A DNA stretch of 64,000 bases from Alphaproteobacteria bacterium (GCA_017466695.1 JAFTTR010000023.1:49583-113582); one strand, 5' to 3'. Numbered from the stretch's first letter, positions 17,424-27,035 are shown. A program made the numbers and translations. Notes: generated by a model not told the origin, from the sequence alone.

Positions 17424-18035
17424 TTAATGAGCAAAAATATCTGGATTATCAAAAGAAGCCAAATCTAATTTGGCACGTGTTGACATAAAAGAAAAACAAT
17501 CCAAAGCTAACTCATAACGCCCTTCTCTTTTGAGTAAAAAATCTAATTTTTCTTTCAACTGATGAAGATAAAGCACATCATTAGCTGCATATTGTTGTTG
17601 TGCTTGAGAGAGTTCATCAACGCCCCAATCGGATGTTTGTTGTTCTTTTTCAAGCACAACACCTAATAAGTCAGAGCAAAGTGATTTTAAACTATGTGAA
17701 GAGGTTGATGTTCTTGCCAACTTTGAGGCAATTTTAGTACAATAAATAGGCGCCACGTCAACACCCAAATCATTTAAAATTTTCGCCACATCAAATCTTG
17801 CGAAATGAAAAATCTTTAAAATCTTTTTATCTGTTAACACTTTTTTCAAATTGGGGCAATCAACTCCCTTTATAATTTGAACCAAATATGCATTCCCAGA
17901 TCCATCAGAAAGCTGAACCAAACAAAGGCGATCTCTTAAAAGATTCAACCCCATTGTTTCCGTATCAATTGCCACTTCTTTTTTAAAAGAGACAAAATCA
18001 GGTAAATCACCTTTAAAAACTGATATTTGCGCCAT
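17424..18035 (-). CDS. rnd: Ribonuclease D (short alphaproteobacterial form)
   Basis: AIDTETMGL...RDRLCLVQL, FHFARFD, CTKIASKLART, QTSDW, YAANDV; start at MAQIS. Confidence 0.9.
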   Translation of the reverse strand: MAQISVFKGDLPDFVSFKKEVAIDTETMGLNLLRDRLCLVQLSDGSGNAYLVQIIKGVDCPNLKKVLTDKKILKIFHFARFDVAKILNDLGVDVAPIYCTKIASKLARTSTSSHSLKSLCSDLLGVVLEKEQQTSDWGVDELSQAQQQYAANDVLYLHQLKEKLDFLLKREGRYELALDCFSFMSTRAKLDLASFDNPDIFAH

Positions 18036-18176
18036 TTGACACCTCATAATTATGATAAATATTTATTCTTTATATACTATCAAAAAACGAAAATCAACAA
18101 AAATTTTCACTTCATTTTTCTCTTGCATTTTTTATTCAAATATGTAACCATGAACGAAATTATTCGGGAGACTAAG

Positions 18177-18740
18177 ATGATGAAGAACTTTCTTTTTGTT
18201 CTTTTTATTTTTTTTCATGCATTTTTAGCAAATGCAGAAGAAATTTCATCCCCTCAAACAAAAAAAATGCATATCATCACTTCTGCTTTCGAGCCAGATT
18301 TGTGCCTCAATGGATATGCAGGCTCTTGGACTGGCGCTTGCATTTGTTTTCAAAAAGGGGCCTATCCTAATAGATATTGCGACCCCAACTTCAAGAAAAT
18401 CGACATTCATCAAAAGGTAACAATTAAAGATAAAACATTTGTTCTTTCAGGTGGAATTGTCAACTGGGATGAAGCAAATAAATTTTGCTCACAATTAAAA
18501 AAAGGCTACAAATTAGCAACACGTGAAGATTTTAACTGCAAAAAAACAGGTATTGGCTGTTTAGATAATAAAATTTTCATTCCTATTAAAGAAACATATG
18601 GGCATAGAGGCTTTTTTTGGCTAGAAGAAAGTGAGAATACTGAGAAAGCCTATTATGCAGACCTAAATGATGGAACCGTTTACAACACGGCAAAATCAAA
18701 TTCATCAACTATGCAAGCATTGTGCGTTAAAGAGGATTAA
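18177..18740 (+). CDS. Secreted Cys-rich protein with DUF1566/C-type-lectin-like C-terminal fold
   Basis: GGGAG RBS, signal peptide (MMKNFLF...ANA), 8 Cys, WDEANKFC...GYKLAT...FFWL pattern. The ORF-track start 18027 is too far upstream. Confidence 0.55.
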   Translation: MMKNFLFVLFIFFHAFLANAEEISSPQTKKMHIITSAFEPDLCLNGYAGSWTGACICFQKGAYPNRYCDPNFKKIDIHQKVTIKDKTFVLSGGIVNWDEANKFCSQLKKGYKLATREDFNCKKTGIGCLDNKIFIPIKETYGHRGFFWLEESENTEKAYYADLNDGTVYNTAKSNSSTMQALCVKED

Positions 18741-18742
18741 AA

Positions 18743-20281
18743 ATGAAATTAAAATTTTCACTTTTACTTTGTTTTATCAGCTGTTCAAGTTTTGCACTTG
18801 AAATTGATCAAAATAGAGAAATTGAAATTAATAATATGTATGAAGAACTGGAATATACATTTGATGAGCCTTTTATTCTTCAAAACCCATATAAAAGAAA
18901 TGCTCTTTCAGCTTTGGTAAAATTTCCAACTAAACAAGAAGCACAAATTGAACTTCAAGTTCTTTCAAAAGAGGGAAAGCCTGAGATAACACATACATTT
19001 TCTGAATATAAAAAAGAACATGAAATTCCAGTTTTAGGGCTTTATCCTAATTCAAACAACAAAGTTTTGCTCACAGCTAAATATAAAGATGGCACAAGTC
19101 AAACAACAACCCTTTCAATCCCCACAAAAAAGGCTGATAAGAGAGCCTTGTTTACCATCACGAACAAAAAAGATGAAAAAATAAAATATCATTATTTACA
19201 TGGGGGAATTGTTTTTGATGAAAAAGGGACTATTCGTCTTGATTTTAAACCAGAATATGAAATGCTTTATTTTCTAAACGGCTCTTTTGTTGGGGAAGAT
19301 AGAAATAAAGGTCTCATACAATATAATATATTAGGGAAAAAGGAAAAGGTTTATACCTATCCAGCTCATTTCACCTCTTTCACCCACGGGTTAACACAAA
19401 AACCAAACAAAAACTTCCTTGTTATTGGATCATTTGACAACCAACAAGCAACCGTAGGCAATCAACAAACGCAAACACAACGAGAATTTGTAATTGAGCT
19501 TGATTATCAAACAGGTAAAATGGTCAACAAAATTGATTTGGCTCAACTTTTAAATCCAGATCGATCTGTTATTATTAAATCAGATACTCAAAATTATGGA
19601 TTAAACAATTGGTGTCACATCAATTCCGTTGACTATAACAGCGAAGATGAAAGCATTGTTGTTTCGTGTCGACACGTTGGACTTGTCAAAATAAATGAAA
19701 AAACAAAAGAACTTGATTTTGTTATCGCGCCACATAAAGGATTTGAAAAATCAGGTCGAGATGGTTCAGGCCCAGATCTTTCAAACAAACTCCTCACTGC
19801 CTTAGATAAAATGGGAGATGCCTTACCTGACAGCGTTCAACAAGGAACCCAAAGTTACCCGGATTTTAAATGGCCAACCAAAACACATGATGCCAAAACG
19901 CTTGGGGATGGAATTTACAGTATCTTTGACAATTCTGGCCCCTTATATGACAAAACAATGGTCACCTCCCCTCATTCAAATGCGCAAGTTTTTAAAATAG
20001 ATGAAAAGAATAAAACCATTCAAAGCCTTTGGTTTGAGCCCCTTGCCTATCACTCAGAATCTGGTTCAAGTGTTTTATATAACCCTAATGAAAATGAAGT
20101 AACCGTTTATTTAAGCATTGTTAAAGACCCTTATCAACAAGGGATTGCAACTGGAAAACTCATTCGGTATGATTTAACCACACATGAAAAACTTTTCGAA
20201 GCAACTCTTTATCGAGGGGGAGAAACATACTTTTATGGGCTGATGCCATTTTCATTTTATCAAAATGAGGGTTTAAAATAA
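18743..20281 (+). CDS. Aryl-sulfate sulfotransferase (ASST) with N-terminal Ig-like domain
   Basis: Signal peptide; NPY...LSALV.F and HEIPVLGLYPN N-domain; FTHG, WCHINS, SCRH, THDA matching the ASST catalytic His/Asn/Arg set. Confidence 0.85.
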   Translation: MKLKFSLLLCFISCSSFALEIDQNREIEINNMYEELEYTFDEPFILQNPYKRNALSALVKFPTKQEAQIELQVLSKEGKPEITHTFSEYKKEHEIPVLGLYPNSNNKVLLTAKYKDGTSQTTTLSIPTKKADKRALFTITNKKDEKIKYHYLHGGIVFDEKGTIRLDFKPEYEMLYFLNGSFVGEDRNKGLIQYNILGKKEKVYTYPAHFTSFTHGLTQKPNKNFLVIGSFDNQQATVGNQQTQTQREFVIELDYQTGKMVNKIDLAQLLNPDRSVIIKSDTQNYGLNNWCHINSVDYNSEDESIVVSCRHVGLVKINEKTKELDFVIAPHKGFEKSGRDGSGPDLSNKLLTALDKMGDALPDSVQQGTQSYPDFKWPTKTHDAKTLGDGIYSIFDNSGPLYDKTMVTSPHSNAQVFKIDEKNKTIQSLWFEPLAYHSESGSSVLYNPNENEVTVYLSIVKDPYQQGIATGKLIRYDLTTHEKLFEATLYRGGETYFYGLMPFSFYQNEGLK

Positions 20282-21021
20282 TGAGTGAAATTATTCTTTT
20301 TAGCGTGCTTGGTTTTTTTGCAAGTATTATTGATGGGTGTATTGGCATGGCCTATGGAACAATTTTAGCCTCCATATTTACTTTAAATGGCGTTCCATTA
20401 TTGGTTTCAAGTGCCAGCATTCATTTTTCTGAAATTTTCACAACGCTTGCCTCTGGCCTCTCGCATTTATCATTTAAAAATGTTGATTTTAAATTATTAA
20501 AAAAAATCATATTCCCCGGCGTTCTTGGAGCCCTCATTGGGGCAGCAATGCTCACCTATGTGAATGATCAAATTTTAAAACCAATTGTTGCCTCTTATTT
20601 AATTGGACTTGGAATATATATTCTTTTAAAACAACACATTAAAAAGAGAACAAAATCATTTAAACGATTTAAACTTCTGGGCATGGTTGGTGGATTTTGT
20701 GATGCTGCAGCTGGAGGAGGCTGGGGTCCAATTGTAACTGGAACACTTATTTCAAGAGGACACATCCCTCACAAAACAATTGGCACAGTGAATCTGACTG
20801 AATTTTTCGTTACCCTTTCTCAATCAGCTATCTTTTTTTCGGCCATTGGATTGACTTCTTTCAATATTGTTGTAGGTCTCATATTAGGAAGTGTCATTGC
20901 AGCCCCATTTGCAGCTTATATTGTTAAAAGAATTAATCCAATGGTATTGATTAAATTAGTTGGATGTATTATCATCATCACCAATATTATTACACTAATT
21001 ACACTTTTTTATGAGTTATAA
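20281..21021 (+). CDS. TauE/SafE family sulfite/sulfonate exporter
   Basis: DGCIGMAYG, HFSEIFTT..SG.SH, GGGGWGP-like GGGWGP, TIGTVNLTEFFV; about 8 TM segments. Confidence 0.85.
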   Translation: MSEIILFSVLGFFASIIDGCIGMAYGTILASIFTLNGVPLLVSSASIHFSEIFTTLASGLSHLSFKNVDFKLLKKIIFPGVLGALIGAAMLTYVNDQILKPIVASYLIGLGIYILLKQHIKKRTKSFKRFKLLGMVGGFCDAAAGGGWGPIVTGTLISRGHIPHKTIGTVNLTEFFVTLSQSAIFFSAIGLTSFNIVVGLILGSVIAAPFAAYIVKRINPMVLIKLVGCIIIITNIITLITLFYEL

Positions 21022-21879
21022 ATGAATCACTTAAAAATATTAGAAGCAGAAGCTATTGATTTAATTAGAGATGTTGTTTTTTCAAACGACATTGAAAGGC
21101 AAATTGTTTTTTATTCGATTGGAAAAGATTCTTCTTGCCTATTGCATTTGTTTAAAAAGGCTTTTCATCCTTTTCCCATTCCGGTTAAATTTATGCATAT
21201 TGATACAGGCTGGAAATTTAAGGAAATGTATGAATTTCGCAACAAGATTCAAAAAGAAATTGAGTTGATTGTGTATAAAAATCCAAAAAATTTAAACCCA
21301 TTTACAGATGGCCCTTTATACACAGATGTTATGAAAACAGAAGCGCTTAAACAAGCTATTAATTTATATGATATTAAAATTGCCTTTGGAGGATCTAGAA
21401 GAGATGAAGAAAAATCAAGGGCAAAAGAGAGAATGGTTTCTGTTAGAAATGAATATCACAAATGGGATCCACGCAACCAAAATCCTGAAATTTCACCCCT
21501 TTATAATACATTTTTTACACCCAAAACATCTTTGAGGGTATTTCCTCTTTCAAACTGGACCGAACTTGACATTTGGGAATATATCAAGCAAGAAGAAATT
21601 GATATTGTCCCCTTGTATTTTGCAAAGAAAAGACGGGTTCAAACGCTTCCTTCTGGTATGATGATTGCAACAGAAAATGAAACTGGAGAACTTAAAAAGG
21701 TAAGATTTAGAACGCTTGGTTGTTATCCCCTCACCGGAGCTGTTCTATCTGATGCAACAACGATTGATGCAATTATTGCCGAACTAAAGCAAACCCAATA
21801 TACAGAGCGTATCACAAGAATTATCGACTACGATACAGAAGGCTCTATGGAAAAGAAGAAAAAGGATGGTTATTTTTAA
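21022..21879 (+). CDS. cysD: Sulfate adenylyltransferase subunit 2
   Basis: YSIGKDS PP-loop, HIDTGWKF, GGSRRDEEKSRAKER, WDPRNQ.PE, RVFPLSNWTE, RFRTLGCYP. Confidence 0.93.
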   Translation: MNHLKILEAEAIDLIRDVVFSNDIERQIVFYSIGKDSSCLLHLFKKAFHPFPIPVKFMHIDTGWKFKEMYEFRNKIQKEIELIVYKNPKNLNPFTDGPLYTDVMKTEALKQAINLYDIKIAFGGSRRDEEKSRAKERMVSVRNEYHKWDPRNQNPEISPLYNTFFTPKTSLRVFPLSNWTELDIWEYIKQEEIDIVPLYFAKKRRVQTLPSGMMIATENETGELKKVRFRTLGCYPLTGAVLSDATTIDAIIAELKQTQYTERITRIIDYDTEGSMEKKKKDGYF

Positions 21880-23249
21880 TGAAAAGTGTGTTTAAATTTA
21901 TTTGTTGTGGAAATGTAGATGACGGGAAATCCACACTGATTGGCCGATTACTTCTTGATACCAATAATGTCAAAAAAGACCAATTGGAAGATGCATTAAA
22001 AGCGTCTAAAAAAAATGGGTCTGATAAAATTGAACTTGCCATGTTATTAGATGGTTTATTATCAGAACGTGAACAACAAATTACAATTGATATTGCTCAC
22101 CGTTTTTTTGATTATAGGGATATTCGCTTTCATATTCTTGATTGCCCTGGGCATGAGCAATATACAAAAAATATGGCTATTGCTGCAGCAGAAGTAAACA
22201 CAGCCATTGTGGTAATTGATTCTACAAAAGGAATTAAACCTCAAACACTCAAACATATTGAAATTTGCAATTTATTTAATATCCAAAACATTTTAGTTTG
22301 TCTAACAAAAACTGACTTATTGAAAAATGACAAGGGAAAAAATGATTTAAAAGAAATCAAATCTCTTGAAGAGGACGTGAAAAATCTGCTCAACAATTAT
22401 ACGTTTAATTATGAAATTGTTCCTGTCAGTGCTGTCACAGGTTTTAATACGGATTATGTATTAAAGTTTTTGTATAACTTCGCCATTTATCAGATTGAAA
22501 AACAAGAAAAAAATCAAAAACAGATACTACATATTTTAAATTCAAAACTTTTTAAAAATACAAGATATTATTACGCCAAATCTGTGTTTAAAAATACTAT
22601 TTTAGAAAATGAAAAACTCACAGTATATCCACAAAATACGCCTATTACAATCACAAAACAATTCGATAATGGATGTTTTAATATTTTAGAAAATGTTGAT
22701 ATATCTAAAGGAGATTGTATCACAAACACCCCTGTTCTAATTTCAAATAAAATTTCTTGCAAAAGTATCTTTTTTGATAAAAAGACCCCTTCCATGTTAT
22801 TTAAACATGGCTCTTCTATCAAAAGAGTAATTCAATTAACGCCTTCTTCTTTAGAATTAGATGGTGAAATTGTTTTTAACAATATTGAAGATGTCAAGCA
22901 AAATGGATTTGGCATTTTCATTGATGAAGTGACGAAAAAAACGCTCGGTTGTGCCGTTTTTAAAAATAATCAAAAAGAAATTTTGCCTAAAAACACAACC
23001 GTTAACTATATCATTTATGGTGGAACCCATTTAAAACGTATCGAAAAAGCGTTGGAAATTAAAAACCAATTTCAACCTGCTCCATTTATTTTAGATGAAT
23101 CTGATGTAAGCTATTTAAAATCACCTGAATTGATAATGCTAGCCGAATACATCAACGGACAGGGATCATCAACGATCTGTTTAACCGAAACAGCTCCGAA
23201 AAAAAGGCCAAACAATTGTATTTTAATTAATCTTAATCAGGAGAAATAA
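21879..23249 (+). CDS. cysN: Sulfate adenylyltransferase subunit 1 (divergent, with degenerate APS-kinase tail)
   Basis: CGNVDDGKSTLIGRLL, EREQQITID, DCPGHEQY, G4 variant TKTD, FIDEVTKKTLG; eroded domains II/III. Confidence 0.85.
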   Translation: MKSVFKFICCGNVDDGKSTLIGRLLLDTNNVKKDQLEDALKASKKNGSDKIELAMLLDGLLSEREQQITIDIAHRFFDYRDIRFHILDCPGHEQYTKNMAIAAAEVNTAIVVIDSTKGIKPQTLKHIEICNLFNIQNILVCLTKTDLLKNDKGKNDLKEIKSLEEDVKNLLNNYTFNYEIVPVSAVTGFNTDYVLKFLYNFAIYQIEKQEKNQKQILHILNSKLFKNTRYYYAKSVFKNTILENEKLTVYPQNTPITITKQFDNGCFNILENVDISKGDCITNTPVLISNKISCKSIFFDKKTPSMLFKHGSSIKRVIQLTPSSLELDGEIVFNNIEDVKQNGFGIFIDEVTKKTLGCAVFKNNQKEILPKNTTVNYIIYGGTHLKRIEKALEIKNQFQPAPFILDESDVSYLKSPELIMLAEYINGQGSSTICLTETAPKKRPNNCILINLNQEK

Positions 23250-23250
23250 G

Positions 23251-23697
23251 ATGAAATTTTCAATCCTTTCATGTATCACTCTTCTCTTTTTTTCAGTACC
23301 CACATTAGCTGAATGGCAAATCAAGCAAGAGAATTTAAAAACTTTTGAAAAATTTGCAAAAACAGATGAAGTACAACTCTATACAGGAGACAATATTTTA
23401 CACGACTTTGAAAATCTGCCAACAGAAGCTCACAAATTTGTTTTGGTTAAAATAACTGTTAGTAATCAAGACACAAGCATATCACCTTTAAATTCTTTAG
23501 CGTTCAAACTCAAAATTAATGATAAAACCTATTCAAGAATTGATAATGACAAATTTTTGCTCAATTATAACATCAAACCATTTACAAGATTAAAAATCAA
23601 AAAAGGAACGCATGAAGGGCATTTATTATTTGAAATACCAACAGCTGAACTTTCAAATAACGTGACTCTTTTTTATAACGATAAACCGATTCAATAG
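23251..23697 (+). CDS. Secreted DUF4352-like beta-sandwich protein
   Basis: Signal peptide; FVLVKITVSN...F.L...GHLLFEIP pattern. Confidence 0.5.
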   Translation: MKFSILSCITLLFFSVPTLAEWQIKQENLKTFEKFAKTDEVQLYTGDNILHDFENLPTEAHKFVLVKITVSNQDTSISPLNSLAFKLKINDKTYSRIDNDKFLLNYNIKPFTRLKIKKGTHEGHLLFEIPTAELSNNVTLFYNDKPIQ

Positions 23698-23706
23698 GAT
23701 AATTTT

Positions 23707-25122
23707 ATGCTAACTTTAAAAAAATCTTTTTTCATCAGTGGAGCTATTCTTTTAGCACTTATCACACTTAAACATCAAAAAGACAATATTTTTCAATATA
23801 TTAAACATACAAATAGAGGGGATATTCCGCAAGTTCTTTTTAACAATGAAGAACTTATTCCACCTTTTACACGTGACACAAACTCTTACCATGTCATCTC
23901 TGCAAGCACATTAAAACCCAATATTCTTCAAATTGGAGATATTAAAAAAGAAATTAAAATTGAAAATTTTGAAACAAACCCATCCATTCCATTAGATGTA
24001 AATGGGCAAAAAATCAACATTCATTTATATCCCAAAGAATATCCAAAATATTCAATGAAACAGTTTTCTAAATCAACAACAAACAACGCTATTACGATCA
24101 CAAGCTTTGACCCCAATTGTACCAAACCATCTTTCAATTTTATTGTTTCTGAAAAAGGCAAAATTCTTTTTTATCGCCGGACCCGACTGGAACTTTGTGC
24201 TTCAGATTTCAAACAAACAACTCTTCCAAATGGGGAGAAAGTATATTCTTATATGCAACAAGAAAAACCCGTTCCCCCATTTCACTACTTGAGTGGTTCA
24301 CTGGTTGTAATGAATAGTCAATTTGACGTAATTGATAAATTAACCATTCAAGAAACAGACAAGCACCCTGCTCTTATGGTTGAAAATCATGATTCACTGA
24401 TATTAGATAAAAATCACTTTGTTCTTTCTGCTTATCATGAAACTGAAATTTTTCATCCTGAAACAGAAGAGCCCACCTTTGTTGCCCAAACTGTGCTTCA
24501 AGAAATTAAAGATGGAAAAGTCATTTTTGATTGGGTCAGTTCCGATTATCCCCATTTATATACTTATTTTAAATCCCCTGATAATTCCAGAACATATAAT
24601 GATTACATGCACTTTAATTCGATTATTGTTGATCCAAAAGATAATAATTTGATTATTTCTTGCGCCGGTATTTCAAGCATCCTCAAAATTAACAGAAAAA
24701 CCGGGGATATTATGTGGACATTGGGTGGCCCTGGGGATGACTTTAAACTGGATGAACAACATCATTTTTATGGCCAGCATAGCCTTTCTTTTGATAAAGA
24801 AGGAAACCTTATGCTTTTTGATAATCAATCCCATTATTTTGCACAAAGAATTGAGAAGAGCCCTAAACTACCTCATAGCCGAATTTTAAAATTTAAACTT
24901 GATGAAAAAAACAAAAAAATCTTGAACGCTGTTTCTATTCCTCTTGATTTTCAAACAGACACCATGGGATCCGTTTATCAAACAGCTGAAGATACCTATA
25001 TCCTTGCCATGGGTGGGCATAACAAAGTGCAGAAAATAAAAGTCGTTGAAGAAAAAGCAACAAAATTGTGGGAGCTTTCTTTAGATTATCCAACTTATCG
25101 AGCTTATGAAGTTAAAGATTAA
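23707..25122 (+). CDS. Second arylsulfotransferase-family beta-propeller protein
   Basis: N-terminal anchor; ENHD, DYMHFNSI, ILKINRKTGDIMWTLGG, FYGQH, LFDN, MGSV motifs. Confidence 0.8.
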   Translation: MLTLKKSFFISGAILLALITLKHQKDNIFQYIKHTNRGDIPQVLFNNEELIPPFTRDTNSYHVISASTLKPNILQIGDIKKEIKIENFETNPSIPLDVNGQKINIHLYPKEYPKYSMKQFSKSTTNNAITITSFDPNCTKPSFNFIVSEKGKILFYRRTRLELCASDFKQTTLPNGEKVYSYMQQEKPVPPFHYLSGSLVVMNSQFDVIDKLTIQETDKHPALMVENHDSLILDKNHFVLSAYHETEIFHPETEEPTFVAQTVLQEIKDGKVIFDWVSSDYPHLYTYFKSPDNSRTYNDYMHFNSIIVDPKDNNLIISCAGISSILKINRKTGDIMWTLGGPGDDFKLDEQHHFYGQHSLSFDKEGNLMLFDNQSHYFAQRIEKSPKLPHSRILKFKLDEKNKKILNAVSIPLDFQTDTMGSVYQTAEDTYILAMGGHNKVQKIKVVEEKATKLWELSLDYPTYRAYEVKD

Positions 25123-25126
25123 GAGG

Positions 25127-25612
25127 TTATAAATTCATCTCATATTCGTGAACCATTTCCTCGAACCACTCAATATATTGACGTGTGCCTGTCAATTTCA
25201 ACCCTTGTTTTTGATAAAATTGATTAGAAATGGGATAATTTTCCAATGTGAATAGATTGATATGTTGAACGCCTTGTGATTTTAAATAATCTTTAACATA
25301 CAAAAACAACAATTGGCCACACCCCTTCCTTTGCTCAAAAGGATCGACATAAAAAACCTTTATTTCGGCATTCGTCTTATCAAAATCAGCAAGTCCAATA
25401 AAACCTCTTATTTGCCCCTCCTCCTCGGCAACAAAGACAAGCCCTTTTTCAACAGATATTTTCATCTTTTCAATTCTTTTTTCGCTCACATCAAAATGAG
25501 AACTATCTAAAATGCTATCCTTAATATAACCCCTATATGAAATCTTCCACGTTGTAACGTGAATTTGAACAATTTTTTCAACATCATCAAGAGTTGCCGA
25601 CCGAACAAACAT
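25127..25612 (-). CDS. GNAT N-acetyltransferase
   Basis: VRSATLDD...IVQIH..TW..SY, FYVDP.EQRKGCGQLL, N.FYQKQG. Confidence 0.85.
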   Translation of the reverse strand: MFVRSATLDDVEKIVQIHVTTWKISYRGYIKDSILDSSHFDVSEKRIEKMKISVEKGLVFVAEEEGQIRGFIGLADFDKTNAEIKVFYVDPFEQRKGCGQLLFLYVKDYLKSQGVQHINLFTLENYPISNQFYQKQGLKLTGTRQYIEWFEEMVHEYEMNL

Positions 25613-25617
25613 ATGTT

Positions 25618-25860
25618 TTATCTTTCTTTTAAACAAGAGCTATTTTTCTCAACAGATTTTTGCATAAAAAATTTCCTATTCGAAATAATTTGAACCGGAG
25701 CTATTTCAGCCTGATTAGGCATTTTTCCCGTATCTGGATAAGCAACAAAATCCGAAGTAACACAATGAGGCACATTCACACAATATAACGCCGTATCTGG
25801 CACCAAATGCGATGGGATTCCAAGATTTTGAAAATGCATTTTAACCTCCTTTTCATCCAT
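25618..25860 (-). CDS. Hypothetical small protein
   Basis: Open frame filling the gap upstream of the GNAT gene; no motif recognised. Confidence 0.35.
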   Translation of the reverse strand: MDEKEVKMHFQNLGIPSHLVPDTALYCVNVPHCVTSDFVAYPDTGKMPNQAEIAPVQIISNRKFFMQKSVEKNSSCLKER

Positions 25861-26008
25861 ATTAAAAAATTTTTTCTTCTTTTTCAAGCATTTTTATCAA
25901 ATATTTTTTAATTCATAATTTAAAATGATAAATATTTATTGAAAAAACTTTACAAAACAATAATTTTATGATATTATTGTCTAAATTAAAAAAAATATAG
26001 GAGTTCAT

Positions 26009-26983
26009 ATGCAAGAAGTAGAAATCTCAGGTCGTGAAATTTATCGCTCATTTAATGAAGTTATAAAAATTGATGATGGCTATTGTTTTGGCGTGTTAGG
26101 GGGCAAAAATTTTATGGTTGCCAGAACCACTAATGCCAACAATATGACATTCATTCGCTGGTGTTCGGGTAAAATGCCTTATGGGGGCAATAAAAACGTT
26201 ATGGGACCTAAAGCTGACAAATTATTAAAGATGATTTTAGAACGTATTCCCAATATACCTGAAAATGAAGAAATTATTTCTCAAATGAAAATCATGGTTG
26301 AAAAAAATAAAAAAGCAACTTCTTATTACGGTGTTTCAAAAGATGATGCCAAAGCCATGACGTCATTTGAACAAATAGAACAACAAATGAAAAAAGAGCG
26401 TGAATTTAAAAAATTCATGGATAATAAAGCTGTCTATGAACAAAAAAATGCTGCGAAAAAGGACGAAAAAGAAGCTAAAAAAGCTCAAAAATTAGCAGAA
26501 AAACAACGCCTAAAAGAACAAAGAATACTTGAAGAAAAAAAACGCATTCAAAAAGCGCGTGCATTAAAAATTATGAAAGAGGAAGAAAGGGTCTATCCTC
26601 AAATGGTTTTTAACCAACCTGAGAATGAAACTCCTACTATTTTTGTTGATGGAAATACAGCCATTATTTTAGGTCATATTAACAAAAACTTCTTTCGAAT
26701 TAAACTTTCTGACAAAAATCCATCTTTTTTTATCATTCAAAATGATGAAAAGGTCAGAAAAATGAGCATTGCTGAATTGCAACAAATTTTGGTTGCTATT
26801 AACGAAAATCCAAATCACAATGAGGAACATGACGCTATTTTGGAACGAGTTGCTTCAGATTATGATAAATTCAGACAACTCAAATTCCCTGAAAATAAAA
26901 ATGTTCAGAAAGAAAAAATCGCAATCAGCAAAAATATTTTAATTCAAAAGGGATTATTAACAGCTCAAAACGTTATATCTTAA
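26009..26983 (+). CDS. Hypothetical protein with central K/E-rich coiled coil
   Basis: AGGAG RBS, 324-aa ORF, no signal peptide, no recognised family. Confidence 0.7.
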   Translation: MQEVEISGREIYRSFNEVIKIDDGYCFGVLGGKNFMVARTTNANNMTFIRWCSGKMPYGGNKNVMGPKADKLLKMILERIPNIPENEEIISQMKIMVEKNKKATSYYGVSKDDAKAMTSFEQIEQQMKKEREFKKFMDNKAVYEQKNAAKKDEKEAKKAQKLAEKQRLKEQRILEEKKRIQKARALKIMKEEERVYPQMVFNQPENETPTIFVDGNTAIILGHINKNFFRIKLSDKNPSFFIIQNDEKVRKMSIAELQQILVAINENPNHNEEHDAILERVASDYDKFRQLKFPENKNVQKEKIAISKNILIQKGLLTAQNVIS

Positions 26984-27035
26984 AAAGGGCATCTATTAAG
27001 AATTAACGTTTTGAACGAATACCCCCTCCTCTATA

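Noticed and set aside
18027-18176. ORF-track N-terminal extensions (also 32071 for cmk, 59436 for trmB, 13191 for DUF465, 42873 for the giant autotransporter, 57299 for XRE)
   Set aside because: They run through promoter regions or upstream genes. Downstream ATGs with an RBS or family-consistent N-termini were chosen instead.
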